Origin: an uncultured Candidatus Sumerlaeota bacterium
Lineage (GTDB): Bacteria > CAYMEV01
Direction: 5' to 3'
Assembly: GCA_964389675.1 (NCBI GenBank)
Contig: CAYMEV010000007.1
Span: 124,001-145,721, forward strand
DNA length: 21,721 nucleotides
The position numbers and the translations under genes were made by a program. Positions 1 through 9,587 of the stretch are shown one piece after another. The notes beneath the pieces were generated by a model. That model was not told the origin of the DNA, did not search any database, and saw nothing but the letters and a program-made list of their open reading frames with translations. Numbering within the stretch: position 1 is the first letter of the stretch; each line of letters opens with the position of its first letter.

Positions 1-2156
1 TTGTACCCTCCCTTCTCAAGCCTTTTAACATATTCACCAAGCTCTGCATAGTTCATTTCCATTGGGTTTCTCTGTTCTCTTATGAAATAGTCAGGTTCCT
101 CATTAAACTGATCAAATTCCTCAAGTTTTTCAAATGTCTCATATTTCATGGAATTGTCAGGCATAAAGCTTCTTATCCAGCCATTATAGAATATCCACTC
201 TGAATTATTCCTGTTATATTCAGCAAGGGCAGAATGGATTACCTGCTTCATCTCAAAATCATCAGAATAGCTGTAGATCATAAGATTATAGAGCTTAATC
301 TCTTTAGGGTCCACTATATGTATATTATAAATAGAGTTATGCAAGCCATGAAACCATTCCTGGTTCTGCATAAATGAATGATTCCTGTCCTTTTTTCTTA
401 TATCATAGTTTTTTACGTCCCTGGATTTGCGAAGGGCCTGCGGGGCAAGATATTCATTTATCCAAAAAAGGCCGAAAGATATTATAAGGGATATTACCAT
501 AAAGGGTATGAAAAGCCTGTATATGCTTATTCCCAATGCCTTGAAGGCAGTGATTTCATTGTTTTTCGAAAATAGGCCTATAGTTATAAGGATTGCAAGC
601 AGGGTTGAGAAGGGTATTGCATAGCTGAGCAGGGTTGGTGCCCGGTATATTGTGTATAGAAGCAGATTAAAAAGGCTGCTTTGATTTTTTAGAACATCGT
701 CAATTATCTGGAAAGCATCTATTACTATAAAGAGGATCGCTGAGATTGATATTACTCCTGCAAAGTTTTTTATGAAGCTCTTTAAGAGATATCGGTCAAG
801 TATCATCAGCAGATTGGTTCTACTCCTGAGCCTTGCTGATTGTATCTCCTTTGAATCCTGAAAACTGTCTTTATGAATCCTGTCGACAGTATTTGTTTTT
901 CTCCTTGTTACTATTGCCTCCAGAGGCTTTAAAAGCTTCTGTATGAAACGATTGTTTGCCTCTATTGATGATCTGTAAACAAGGAAAACTGATACTGCTC
1001 CAAGTATGATGTTTGGCATCCAGATTGATAGGACAGGATTTATATACCCTTCCTTTCCCAGTGTTTCACCAAGGATAAACAGTATATAATAGATTAGAAT
1101 TATGAAAAGGCTTACAGCTATGCCTGAATATTTTCCCCCCCGCGAAAATATTGTTCCAAAGGGGAGAGATATGAGGACAAATATGATACAGCTGAATGGA
1201 AGGCTGAATTTCTTTGCATATTCAAGCCTTATGCTGTTTACAAGCTTTTTTGCATATATAAGCTCATTTTCAAGGATATTAAGTTCATGCTTCTGGGATT
1301 CTGACAGGTTCTGCACGGCATAGCCCATCTTCTTTTCTGTCATTTTCAAAATGCTTTCCCTTGCAGAATTAAGCTGTTCCATCAGCTCATAAACTGTCAT
1401 CTCCTTTATTCCTTTAGGGGTTTTATCTGATTTAGCTTCGGTTTCAAAGCCTATCCTGATATCCTGTGTATTGAATTTGCTAATATCATATGTTGATTTC
1501 TGAAATGATTCCATAATATGGATGCTTCCGTTGACAAGCCTTAATATAATTTCATCCTGGTCCGGCTTTGAGATAAAATAACCCTCTTGAGCCAGTATTA
1601 TGCTGGTCTTCCCCGTTTCCCTCTCATCTGAAATAAAGAGGCCCTCCATGATCCCTTCCTTGGTTATATTTTCAGTATATAGCAGGATATTTTCATAATC
1701 AGAATTAAATACCTTGGGATCAAGCCCGGCTGTTGCTTTTGAAAGGAGTATCTGGCTCTTTAGTGACCTGAATTTATGATTGCTGTATGGAAGAAGATCG
1801 AGCATCAAAAAAGCACATATAAGAAAAATCAGGATCCCAAGGAACAGCAATGGCTTTAACATTTTGAATATGCTTATACCAGATGATTTCATTGCTATTA
1901 TTTCATAGTCATTGCTTAATCTGGACAGACCCATAAGAATTCCAAGCAACAGGCTCATCGGTATGCTCAAGGACAGGATAAAAGGCAGTGAGAGAAGTAT
2001 CATCTTAAAAACATAAATAACGCTTAGCCCTTTATTTATGACTAATTCAGTAAACCTGAAAAATTCATTCATGAGGATAATAAATGTGAATATGAAACTG
2101 CCCATCAGAATGAAGGGGACAGCTTCCTTGAGAATGTACCTGTCAATCAGCTTCAT
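1..2156 (-). CDS. lptF-lptG: LPS export ABC transporter permease, LptF-LptG fusion (3' end runs off the window)
   Basis: Manual translation from ATG at 2156 gives MKLIDRYILKEAVPF...LPFILSLSIPMSLLLGILMGLSRLSNDYEIIAMKSSGIS (LptF-type) and ...INPVLSIWMPNIILG. The frame continues without a stop through 1080-781 into a second unit MILDRYLLKSFIKNF (ATG at 806, same frame) and reads EMNYAELGEYVKRLEKGGY near position 1. Its absence from the ORF track is consistent with no stop in the window. Confidence 0.9.
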   Translation of the reverse strand, partial: MKLIDRYILKEAVPFILMGSFIFTFIILMNEFFRFTELVINKGLSVIYVFKMILLSLPFILSLSIPMSLLLGILMGLSRLSNDYEIIAMKSSGISIFKMLKPLLFLGILIFLICAFLMLDLLPYSNHKFRSLKSQILLSKATAGLDPKVFNSDYENILLYTENITKEGIMEGLFISDERETGKTSIILAQEGYFISKPDQDEIILRLVNGSIHIMESFQKSTYDISKFNTQDIRIGFETEAKSDKTPKGIKEMTVYELMEQLNSARESILKMTEKKMGYAVQNLSESQKHELNILENELIYAKKLVNSIRLEYAKKFSLPFSCIIFVLISLPFGTIFSRGGKYSGIAVSLFIILIYYILFILGETLGKEGYINPVLSIWMPNIILGAVSVFLVYRSSIEANNRFIQKLLKPLEAIVTRRKTNTVDRIHKDSFQDSKEIQSARLRSRTNLLMILDRYLLKSFIKNFAGVISISAILFIVIDAFQIIDDVLKNQSSLFNLLLYTIYRAPTLLSYAIPFSTLLAILITIGLFSKNNEITAFKALGISIYRLFIPFMVISLIISFGLFWINEYLAPQALRKSRDVKNYDIRKKDRNHSFMQNQEWFHGLHNSIYNIHIVDPKEIKLYNLMIYSYSDDFEMKQVIHSALAEYNRNNSEWIFYNGWIRSFMPDNSMKYETFEKLEEFDQFNEEPDYFIREQRNPMEMNYAELGEYVKRLEKGGY

Positions 2157-3666
2157 TTATCCACTCTATTTTATCATTCAATATCCTTAGAAGTTCGATT
2201 ATGGTAATTGACGGTATACCGTTTGCATAATCAGTATTTCCGTATAGTATATCATTTGATCCGGGTGTAATGCATGAACCTACGTCTAAGTGAAGCCATG
2301 GGAGATTGTTTTCTATAAAACATGAAAGGAAAAGTGCTGCACAGATGGCTTTAGGCTCTCCCCCGTCGTTTCTGATATCAGCAAAAGGGCTTTTAAGGTT
2401 TGAGAGATATGCATTTTCCAGCGGCATCTGCCAGAAATTTTCAAGTGAGTTGTGGCAGGCGGTGTTGAATATATCAGCAAATCTTTTGCTGTTCGTAAAA
2501 AATCCAGCCATGCTCTTGCCCAATGCCCTGGTTATAGCACCGGTAAGAGTAGCTATGTCCATTGCCGCTGATAGCCTATATTTGCTCTGCAGGTACAGGA
2601 AGCTGTCTGCAAGCATCAGCCTGCCCTCAGCATCTGTATTGTTTATCTCAACTGACATTCCATTCTTTGCTATAATAATATCAGATGGCCTGTAAGCATT
2701 TGAATCGATCAGATTTTCCGCTATCGGGACTGCTGCAATAACATTAAAATTGAGGTCAAGCCTGTGCAGGACAGATAAGGCACCTATCAATGCTGCTGCA
2801 CCACCTACATCCTCTCTCATTAACGGAAGAGAATCCTTTGATTTAAGCATCAGCCCTCCTGAGTCAAAGGTCACAGCCTTCCCTGCAATACCCAGATTAG
2901 GCAGTCCCTTTTCTTTTATGCATTCAATAATGCATAGCCTGGGCATTTCGCTTCCTGCCTTGCCAACGGCATAAAGAAGGTTTAGCTTTTCTTTTTTCAG
3001 GGCTTTATGATCCAGTGTATAAATATTAAAGCTTTTATCTTTGATCAGGTCCCGTATCAGCAATTCAAACTTATGCGGTGTTTTATTGTTGGATGCTTCA
3101 TTTGTAAGGTGCCTTGCAGTATTTGATGCATATATGTTTATTGAAGCATCCATTACAGCCTTCTCTGCTTCGGGCTTTTTGACGCTGTTATTTATTATTA
3201 CTGAGATTTTTCCAAGGGGGAAAGGTGTCTTTTTGGTAAAGTACTTGGAAAATGTGTATGCACCAATTGCAATTCCCTCCAGAAAGGGCTTGATTGTATA
3301 GGCTGGGTCAATCCCCTGGTTTGAAGATAGATCCAGAACCGCTTCCTTGACATGAAAATTGGAAAACTTTTTTGAAAGATTGGCTCCGCAGTTCTGAAAA
3401 ACCCTTGGAGACAGATCTTTCCTGCTGCCAAGCCCAACGAACATATGTATGCCTTCAGGCTTATCCGGGTATAGGATTAAAACATCACCGGGCTTTCCCT
3501 TAAATTCACTGATATCAAAGGCTTTTTGGAGCATTCTTAATATATTGTCCGGATATTTAAGCCGGTTCAGGATAATTTCATTTAGTTTATCTTCTGTAAG
3601 AATGCATATTATGAAATCACTGCTTCCGACATGTATTTCTTCTTCATAAACCAGTTTTATTTCCAT
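2143..3666 (-). CDS. pepA: M17 leucyl aminopeptidase
   Basis: Motifs GKAVTFDSGG..K, MREDVGGAA, NTDAEGRLMLAD, DIATLTGA and WLHLD. Start placed at ATG 3666 because a GGAG SD-like sequence lies just upstream; the ORF track uses TTG 3678. Confidence 0.93.
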   Translation of the reverse strand: MEIKLVYEEEIHVGSSDFIICILTEDKLNEIILNRLKYPDNILRMLQKAFDISEFKGKPGDVLILYPDKPEGIHMFVGLGSRKDLSPRVFQNCGANLSKKFSNFHVKEAVLDLSSNQGIDPAYTIKPFLEGIAIGAYTFSKYFTKKTPFPLGKISVIINNSVKKPEAEKAVMDASINIYASNTARHLTNEASNNKTPHKFELLIRDLIKDKSFNIYTLDHKALKKEKLNLLYAVGKAGSEMPRLCIIECIKEKGLPNLGIAGKAVTFDSGGLMLKSKDSLPLMREDVGGAAALIGALSVLHRLDLNFNVIAAVPIAENLIDSNAYRPSDIIIAKNGMSVEINNTDAEGRLMLADSFLYLQSKYRLSAAMDIATLTGAITRALGKSMAGFFTNSKRFADIFNTACHNSLENFWQMPLENAYLSNLKSPFADIRNDGGEPKAICAALFLSCFIENNLPWLHLDVGSCITPGSNDILYGNTDYANGIPSITIIELLRILNDKIEWINEAD

Positions 3667-3778
3667 TGTAATCTCCAATCATTCTTATAACACCTATCCA
3701 ATGCATTTTTGTAGAAATGCTTAAAACTTGAGTAAAAAATATTAATATACAAATCAAAATTAGTAAACATTATAATAA

Positions 3779-3806
3779 TTGACAAGAATCTTATTGTTAT
3801 TATAAT
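3779..3806 (+). promoter_or_regulatory. sigma70-type promoter for the hrcA-dnaK gene run
   Basis: TTGACA (3779-3784), 16-nt spacer, TATAAT (3801-3806), about 40 nt upstream of hrcA. A second TATAAT lies at 3808-3813. Confidence 0.7.
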
Positions 3807-3847
3807 CTATAATGCAGTTTGTGTATAAATTTTAAAGGAAAAGAGAT

Positions 3848-4963
3848 ATGTCTGTAAAGAGTATAAGCAAACCCATGAATTATTTCATAGATACTTCAAA
3901 CCAGACACAGCTGAAAAACAGGGAGTTTCTTATTCTGGAATCCCTGATTAATTCATATATAGAATCTGGTGAGCCAATAGGGTCCAGAACTCTGTCTAAA
4001 ATAATATCGCTTTCCATCAGCCCCGCGACCATAAGAAATATTATGGCTGACCTAGAAGAAGATGGCTATCTTTACCAGCCTCATACTTCTGCAGGCAGGC
4101 TTCCCACCGATAAGGGATTCAGATACTATGTTGACAGGCTTCTAAGCAGCCGTAAACTTGAAAAGGTAGACTCTGAGCTGATTAAAATAAATTTTTCCAA
4201 GATTGACACAGATATGGGAGAATTCTTCTCGCATGTATCTGAATATCTTTCTGAGGCAAGCGGAGAGGCTGCCATAGTCATTACACCGGATTTTGAAACC
4301 ATAAAGCTGAGAAATCTAAATTTGGTTAAGCTTTCTGAGGGGAAGATTGTGGTAATACTTGAGTCCGAATCAGGTTTTGTCTATGATAAGATAATCAGGC
4401 TGGATTATAATATTGACTCTGTTGAGCTGAATAATATCCAGAACTATATAAATTCAAATTTTTCCCATCACTCAATCTCTGATATCAAGCAGAAGCTTAT
4501 GAGGGTCATTGATGCTGAGAAGAATCATTACGACAATCTTCTTCTCAAGGCAGTTGAGATCGCTAGCCAGGTGTTTGACAAAGAGATTGAAATGAAGCAT
4601 TTTGAGGACCTGTATATAAAGGGAACATCAAAGATAATCAATAATCTGGAGATAGGGGACCTGGATTCAATGAAGGAGCTTCTTTCAAGCTTTGAAAGAA
4701 AGTCTCACATACTGGAGATACTTAACCTGCTGCTTGAGGACTGGCAGAGGGATGATATATATATCTGCATTGGCAATGAGATACCGGAAGAATTACTTTC
4801 AAGGTTTTCCATTATTGCAGCGCCGTATCTTCTAAAAGGAGGAAATTTTGGGTTTCTCGGCGTTATAGGGCCTAAAAGGATGAATTATTCATTTACAATA
4901 TCCCTGGTTAACCAGATAGCTAGGAAGATTACGGAGCTTTTTCAGAATACAATCAGGAAATAA
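3848..4963 (+). CDS. hrcA: Heat-inducible transcription repressor HrcA
   Basis: YIESGEPIGSRTL, SPATIRNIMADLEEDGYLYQPHTSAGRLPTDKGFRYYVD and GVIGPKRMNY; upstream of grpE-dnaK-dnaJ. The exact start is uncertain (a second Met at codon 10). Confidence 0.96.
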   Translation: MSVKSISKPMNYFIDTSNQTQLKNREFLILESLINSYIESGEPIGSRTLSKIISLSISPATIRNIMADLEEDGYLYQPHTSAGRLPTDKGFRYYVDRLLSSRKLEKVDSELIKINFSKIDTDMGEFFSHVSEYLSEASGEAAIVITPDFETIKLRNLNLVKLSEGKIVVILESESGFVYDKIIRLDYNIDSVELNNIQNYINSNFSHHSISDIKQKLMRVIDAEKNHYDNLLLKAVEIASQVFDKEIEMKHFEDLYIKGTSKIINNLEIGDLDSMKELLSSFERKSHILEILNLLLEDWQRDDIYICIGNEIPEELLSRFSIIAAPYLLKGGNFGFLGVIGPKRMNYSFTISLVNQIARKITELFQNTIRK

Positions 4964-4976
4964 AAAGGAGCATTTG

Positions 4977-5690
4977 ATGGAGGGAAAAAAAGAGGTGATA
5001 TCAGACAGCAAAAGTGATAATGAACAAGGCTTAAGAACATCAAAAGAAAGAAAAGGAAAAGAAGACAGGGAAAATATGGATAAAGAAAAAGAGAATGAAA
5101 TAAAAAACGAAGGCAGGGAGATTGGAATTTCCGGAGATAATCCTGAAGATGATGACGAGGAGGATATTATAGTTATACCAGATGTTTCTGAAGATGAGCA
5201 GATCGAATTTGAGCAGGAATCTGGACAAAAGCTGGAAGCACTTGAAAAGGAGAAGGTAGATCTGATTGATAAATATTTAAGGCTTCAGGCTGAATTTGAT
5301 AATTACCGCAAGAGGCTTGCAAAAGAAAAACAGGATATGTTTAAATATAAATATGAGGATTTCCTCAGGGATTTTCTTCCGATCCTTGATCAGTTCAAGA
5401 TTGCGTTCAGCATGAAAGCCCTCGATTCTCATGATGAGGAATCAAGAACTTTCTATGAAGGCTTCAGGATGATATATGAATCAATGCTGATGCTGCTGGA
5501 TAAATATGATGTGAAAATGATGGATATAGTCGGCAAGCCTTTTGATCCAAGATACCATGATGCCGTAGCAAGAGAAGAAAGCGATGAATATCCGGATAAT
5601 ACTATAATTGATGAGTTATCTCCGGGTTATATATACAAAGATAAAGTACTTATCCATCCAAGGGTAAAAGTAGCTATTAGTAAAAAGTAA
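4977..5690 (+). CDS. grpE: Nucleotide exchange factor GrpE
   Basis: YLRLQAEFDNYRKR, FLPILD, GKPFDPRYHDAV and PGY...PRVKVA. AAGGAG SD favours ATG 4977 over TTG 4974. Confidence 0.95.
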   Translation: MEGKKEVISDSKSDNEQGLRTSKERKGKEDRENMDKEKENEIKNEGREIGISGDNPEDDDEEDIIVIPDVSEDEQIEFEQESGQKLEALEKEKVDLIDKYLRLQAEFDNYRKRLAKEKQDMFKYKYEDFLRDFLPILDQFKIAFSMKALDSHDEESRTFYEGFRMIYESMLMLLDKYDVKMMDIVGKPFDPRYHDAVAREESDEYPDNTIIDELSPGYIYKDKVLIHPRVKVAISKK

Positions 5691-5713
5691 AATAATTAAA
5701 TGGAGCTTTTTAG

Positions 5714-7540
5714 ATGGGTAAAATTTTAGGCATTGATTTAGGTACCACTAACTGCTGTATGGCTGTAATTGAGGGGGGTATCCCGACAGTAATTCCAAAT
5801 GCGGACGGCTCAAGGACTACACCGTCTGTTGTTGCATTTACTGAATCGTCTGAGAGGATAGTAGGCCATTTAGCCAAAAGGCAGTCTATAATGAATCCGG
5901 AAAACACTGTTTTTGCTGTAAAAAGGCTTATTGGAAGGCGCTACTCATCCCCCGAGATTCAGAAGATACTTCCGAACCTGCCATTTAAGCTTACAGAAAT
6001 GTCAAATGAAGGTATTACAATACATATCCATAATAGGGATTATACTCCGGAGGAAATATCGTCTATTATACTGCAAAAGCTCAAAGCTGATGCAGAAGAA
6101 TTCCTGGGAGAAACGATTACAGATGCTATAATAACAGTCCCGGCATATTTCGATGACAGCCAGAGGCAGGCAACAAAGGCTGCCGGGCGGATAGCCGGGT
6201 TCAATGTATTAAGGATAATCAATGAGCCTACAGCAGCAGCACTTTCATATGGACTTGAAAAAGAAGGCGAAATGAATAATATAATTATCTACGATTTCGG
6301 TGGGGGGACATTTGATGTATCATTGATGAGCATTACAGAAGGTGTCTTTGAAGTGCTTGCGACCAGCGGAGATACATTTCTTGGCGGAGAAGACATTGAC
6401 TGGATTATAATAGACCTTCTCGCTGATGAGTTCTGGAATAAGACCGGTATCGACATTAGGCATGATAATATGGCCCTTCAGCGCCTGAAAGAGGTTGCAG
6501 AGAAATCAAAATGCGAGCTGTCCACGCTTCATGAGACTAAAATTACTCTTCCATTTATTGCTGTTGACAGTACAGGCCCTAAGCACCTTGAGAGGGTTCT
6601 AAGCAGAGCTGAGCTTGAAAATATTTCCAGAGACCTGATACTGGAAACGCTCGAGCCATGCAAGGCTGTGCTTAAAGAGGTCGGCTTGAATCCTGGTGAT
6701 ATAGGGGCAGTCATCATGGTGGGAGGGCAGACAAGAATGCCTATTGTTATGGATGTGGTTTCAGACTTTTTCGGGAGAGATAAAATCAAGAAGGGGATTA
6801 ACCCGGATGAAGTTGTTGCAATAGGTTCTGCCATACAGGGAGGTGTCATGGGAGGAGAAGTCAAGGACCTGATACTTCTTGATGTTACCCCACTGTCTTT
6901 GGGTATTGAGACTGAAGGAGGCATATTTACAAAAATCATTGAAAAGAATACAACCATACCTACCAGAAAGAGCAGGATTTTCACTACTGCCGTTGAAAAC
7001 CAGACAACTGTTCAGGTGAAGGTACTTCAGGGAGAAAGAGAGCTTTCCTCTGACAATATTGTTCTTGCAATCTTTGAACTGGTCAGCATACCCAGAGCCC
7101 CGAAAGGGATACCCCAGATCGAGGTTACTTTTGATATAGATGTCAATGGTATTCTTACAGTCAAAGCAAGGGACCTTGGCACAGGGAAGGAACAGGGTGT
7201 GAGGATTACAGGTTCATCGGCATTAACTGAAAAGGATATTCAAAGGATGATCCATGAGGCATCTGAATATCAGAAAAAGGACAAGGAGCTGAAAAAGCTG
7301 ATTCTGCTGAAAAATAAAGCAAATGCACTAATAGGCTCATCTGAAAAATCACTTAAGGAAAATATAACCCTGCTTTCAGAAGAGGATTCAAACGAAATAA
7401 AAAATGCCATAGAAAAACTGCGGAAGAGCATTTCAAGCAATAATTCAATGGAAATAGACAAATCTATGGAGGATCTGAGGATTGCATCGTATAAGCTTGC
7501 AGATTTGATGTATAATAAATCCAAGGAACAGTCCTCCTGA
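5714..7540 (+). CDS. dnaK: Chaperone DnaK (Hsp70)
   Basis: [48 protein letters not shown] and [10 protein letters not shown]. Carries the N-terminal insert typical of diderm DnaK. Confidence 0.98.
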   Translation: MGKILGIDLGTTNCCMAVIEGGIPTVIPNADGSRTTPSVVAFTESSERIVGHLAKRQSIMNPENTVFAVKRLIGRRYSSPEIQKILPNLPFKLTEMSNEGITIHIHNRDYTPEEISSIILQKLKADAEEFLGETITDAIITVPAYFDDSQRQATKAAGRIAGFNVLRIINEPTAAALSYGLEKEGEMNNIIIYDFGGGTFDVSLMSITEGVFEVLATSGDTFLGGEDIDWIIIDLLADEFWNKTGIDIRHDNMALQRLKEVAEKSKCELSTLHETKITLPFIAVDSTGPKHLERVLSRAELENISRDLILETLEPCKAVLKEVGLNPGDIGAVIMVGGQTRMPIVMDVVSDFFGRDKIKKGINPDEVVAIGSAIQGGVMGGEVKDLILLDVTPLSLGIETEGGIFTKIIEKNTTIPTRKSRIFTTAVENQTTVQVKVLQGERELSSDNIVLAIFELVSIPRAPKGIPQIEVTFDIDVNGILTVKARDLGTGKEQGVRITGSSALTEKDIQRMIHEASEYQKKDKELKKLILLKNKANALIGSSEKSLKENITLLSEEDSNEIKNAIEKLRKSISSNNSMEIDKSMEDLRIASYKLADLMYNKSKEQSS

Positions 7541-7588
7541 AAACCTGTTTATCCCTGAATGGACTGATTTAATTAGGAGTTTTTAAGA

Positions 7589-8692
7589 ATGAGCAATAGA
7601 GATTATTATGATATACTGGAAATATCCAGGAATGCTTCACAGGATGAGATAAAAAGGGCATTCAGAAAATTAGCCCTGAGATACCATCCGGATAAGAATC
7701 CTGATGATCATACAGCTGAAGAAAAATTTAAAGAGATTCAGCGAGCATATGAAATTTTATCCGACCCAGAAAAAAGAGAGTATTATAATCAGACAGGAAT
7801 GGATCCTTCCAGCATAAATCATGGTGGATTCAACAGAGGTTTTGAGGATATATTTGACTTTTTCGGAGATATGTTCGGAGGCCGTTCTCAGCGAAATTAC
7901 AGAGTACCAAGGAGAGGTGCTGATTTAAGGTATGATATGGAGATCAGCTTTGAACAGGCCTGCTTCGGAACAAGTGAAGTGGTAGACATTGAAAGAATTG
8001 ATGATTGCCTTGAGTGCCACGGAAAAGGCTATAAAGATTCGTCTGACAGAAAGGTATGCCCAACATGCGGGGGAAGCGGCAGGGTCGGTTATAATCAGGG
8101 GTTTTTCATGGTTATACAGAGTACATGCAACAGGTGCAACGGTACGGGGCATATAATATCAAATCCATGTAAAAACTGCAGTGGAACTGGAAAGACCAGG
8201 ATAAAAAAGAAATTGAAGATTGATATTCCTGAAGGAATTGCTGCCGGGAACAGGATCAGACTTGCTCATGAAGGTGAAAGGGGCGAGAATGGGGGTGAGC
8301 CAGGAGACCTTTATGTTTTTATCTATGTTAAGGAACACCCGTTTTTTAAGAGAGACGGTAATGACATTTATATAAAAGTGCCTATTACAATAACTCAGGC
8401 AGCCTTAGGCACAAGCATTGATGTTTCAACTATACGGGGCAGGAAAAGAGTTGCAATTCCCGAGGGTACACAGAATGGAGACAGGATAACACTCAAAGGT
8501 GAAGGGATCAAGGACATCCGGAGTAATAAGAAGGGGAACCAGATAGTCGAAATAAATGTTGTAGTGCCAAGAAAGCTCAGCGAAGCACAAAAAGAGCTGC
8601 TGCATCAGCTTGAAAAGGCCCTTGGCGATGCAAACTATCCAGGAGAAAAAAAAGCAGGGATATTTGATACAATAAAAGAATGGATATCCTGA
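7589..8692 (+). CDS. dnaJ: Chaperone DnaJ
   Basis: J-domain with HPD, G/F region with DIF motif, and four CxxCxGxG repeats ([32 protein letters not shown]). AGGAG SD. Confidence 0.98.
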   Translation: MSNRDYYDILEISRNASQDEIKRAFRKLALRYHPDKNPDDHTAEEKFKEIQRAYEILSDPEKREYYNQTGMDPSSINHGGFNRGFEDIFDFFGDMFGGRSQRNYRVPRRGADLRYDMEISFEQACFGTSEVVDIERIDDCLECHGKGYKDSSDRKVCPTCGGSGRVGYNQGFFMVIQSTCNRCNGTGHIISNPCKNCSGTGKTRIKKKLKIDIPEGIAAGNRIRLAHEGERGENGGEPGDLYVFIYVKEHPFFKRDGNDIYIKVPITITQAALGTSIDVSTIRGRKRVAIPEGTQNGDRITLKGEGIKDIRSNKKGNQIVEINVVVPRKLSEAQKELLHQLEKALGDANYPGEKKAGIFDTIKEWIS

Positions 8693-8699
8693 CACGAAA

Positions 8700-9587
8700 A
8701 TGCAGACAAATAATCCCTATATTGAAGTTAAGGTGCCCAGAGAGAAAGAAGAAGAGCTTATAAATTTTTTATATATGCTCGGATTTGACAGATTCGCATA
8801 TAAAAAAGACAAATTTATATATAATATAATTGACAATAATAATCCCTATCTTTTCATTGAATGTTTCTTTGTCCAGAAGAATATGCTTGATGAGCAGAAA
8901 AGCAGGCTGACCGAAAGGTTCTCTGCAATGGGTGTCAAATCCGATCTTCAGATCTATTATAAGAACTTTGAGGATTGGGAGAGCCAGTATAAGTCAAGCT
9001 TTAAGGCTGTTGAGCTGGCAGGAGGCTATTATGCAGTTCCGGAATGGCTGGATGAATGGGAGCATGAAAGCAGGATCCTGATTGAGCCTGGAATGGCTTT
9101 TGGTACTGGCCATCATTTTACTACAAGAAGCATCTGCTTTTTCATTACTCAGACTGATTTTTTGAATGACAGGTTTGTTGTTGACCTGGGTTCAGGCAGC
9201 AGTCTTGTTTCTATTTTTGCCAGCAAACTAAGGGCCCCAAGCGTTATTGCAGTCGAAAAAGACAGACTTTCCATTAAAAATGCCATAAAGAATATAATGC
9301 TGAATGATGCTGATACGAATATATTCCTTATTCAATCGGATATTTTGCAGCTTCCCTTCAGACTAAGGAATATCTACAAATATTTTATTAATATTGACTA
9401 TGATATTGTTACAGAGTTCTTATGCAGGTTTATTAATGAGATACCAGTAACTTCAAAACTGCTTGTGTCAGGCATATTGAACAGGGAAAAGCAGGAGTTT
9501 GAGCAGGCTGTAGTGGATTACGGGCTTAAAATCAGGGCTGTTGCTTCAGATGGAGAATGGATATCAGTAAGTACAGAGAAAAGGTAA
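8700..9587 (+). CDS. prmA: Ribosomal protein L11 methyltransferase
   Basis: EDWESQYK, IEPGMAFGTGHHFTT, SAM-binding VVDLGSGS and VSGIL; canonical dnaJ-prmA-rsmE order. Confidence 0.88.
   Translation: MQTNNPYIEVKVPREKEEELINFLYMLGFDRFAYKKDKFIYNIIDNNNPYLFIECFFVQKNMLDEQKSRLTERFSAMGVKSDLQIYYKNFEDWESQYKSSFKAVELAGGYYAVPEWLDEWEHESRILIEPGMAFGTGHHFTTRSICFFITQTDFLNDRFVVDLGSGSSLVSIFASKLRAPSVIAVEKDRLSIKNAIKNIMLNDADTNIFLIQSDILQLPFRLRNIYKYFINIDYDIVTEFLCRFINEIPVTSKLLVSGILNREKQEFEQAVVDYGLKIRAVASDGEWISVSTEKR

Noticed and set aside
378..1323. Short plus-strand ORFs 378-575, 427-624 and 1102-1323
   Set aside because: They are antisense to the LptF-LptG frame and show no recognisable motifs.
2306..3649. Small ORFs within pepA
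   Set aside because: Shadow or alternate-frame ORFs inside a well-supported gene.
3760..3786. TTAGTAAAC-N9-ATTGACAAG as a degenerate CIRCE
   Set aside because: The arms are not complementary and the match to the consensus is poor.
6529..6984. 151-aa ORF antisense to dnaK, plus similar shorter ones
   Set aside because: Open antisense frames are a common by-product of codon usage in Hsp70 genes; no independent support.
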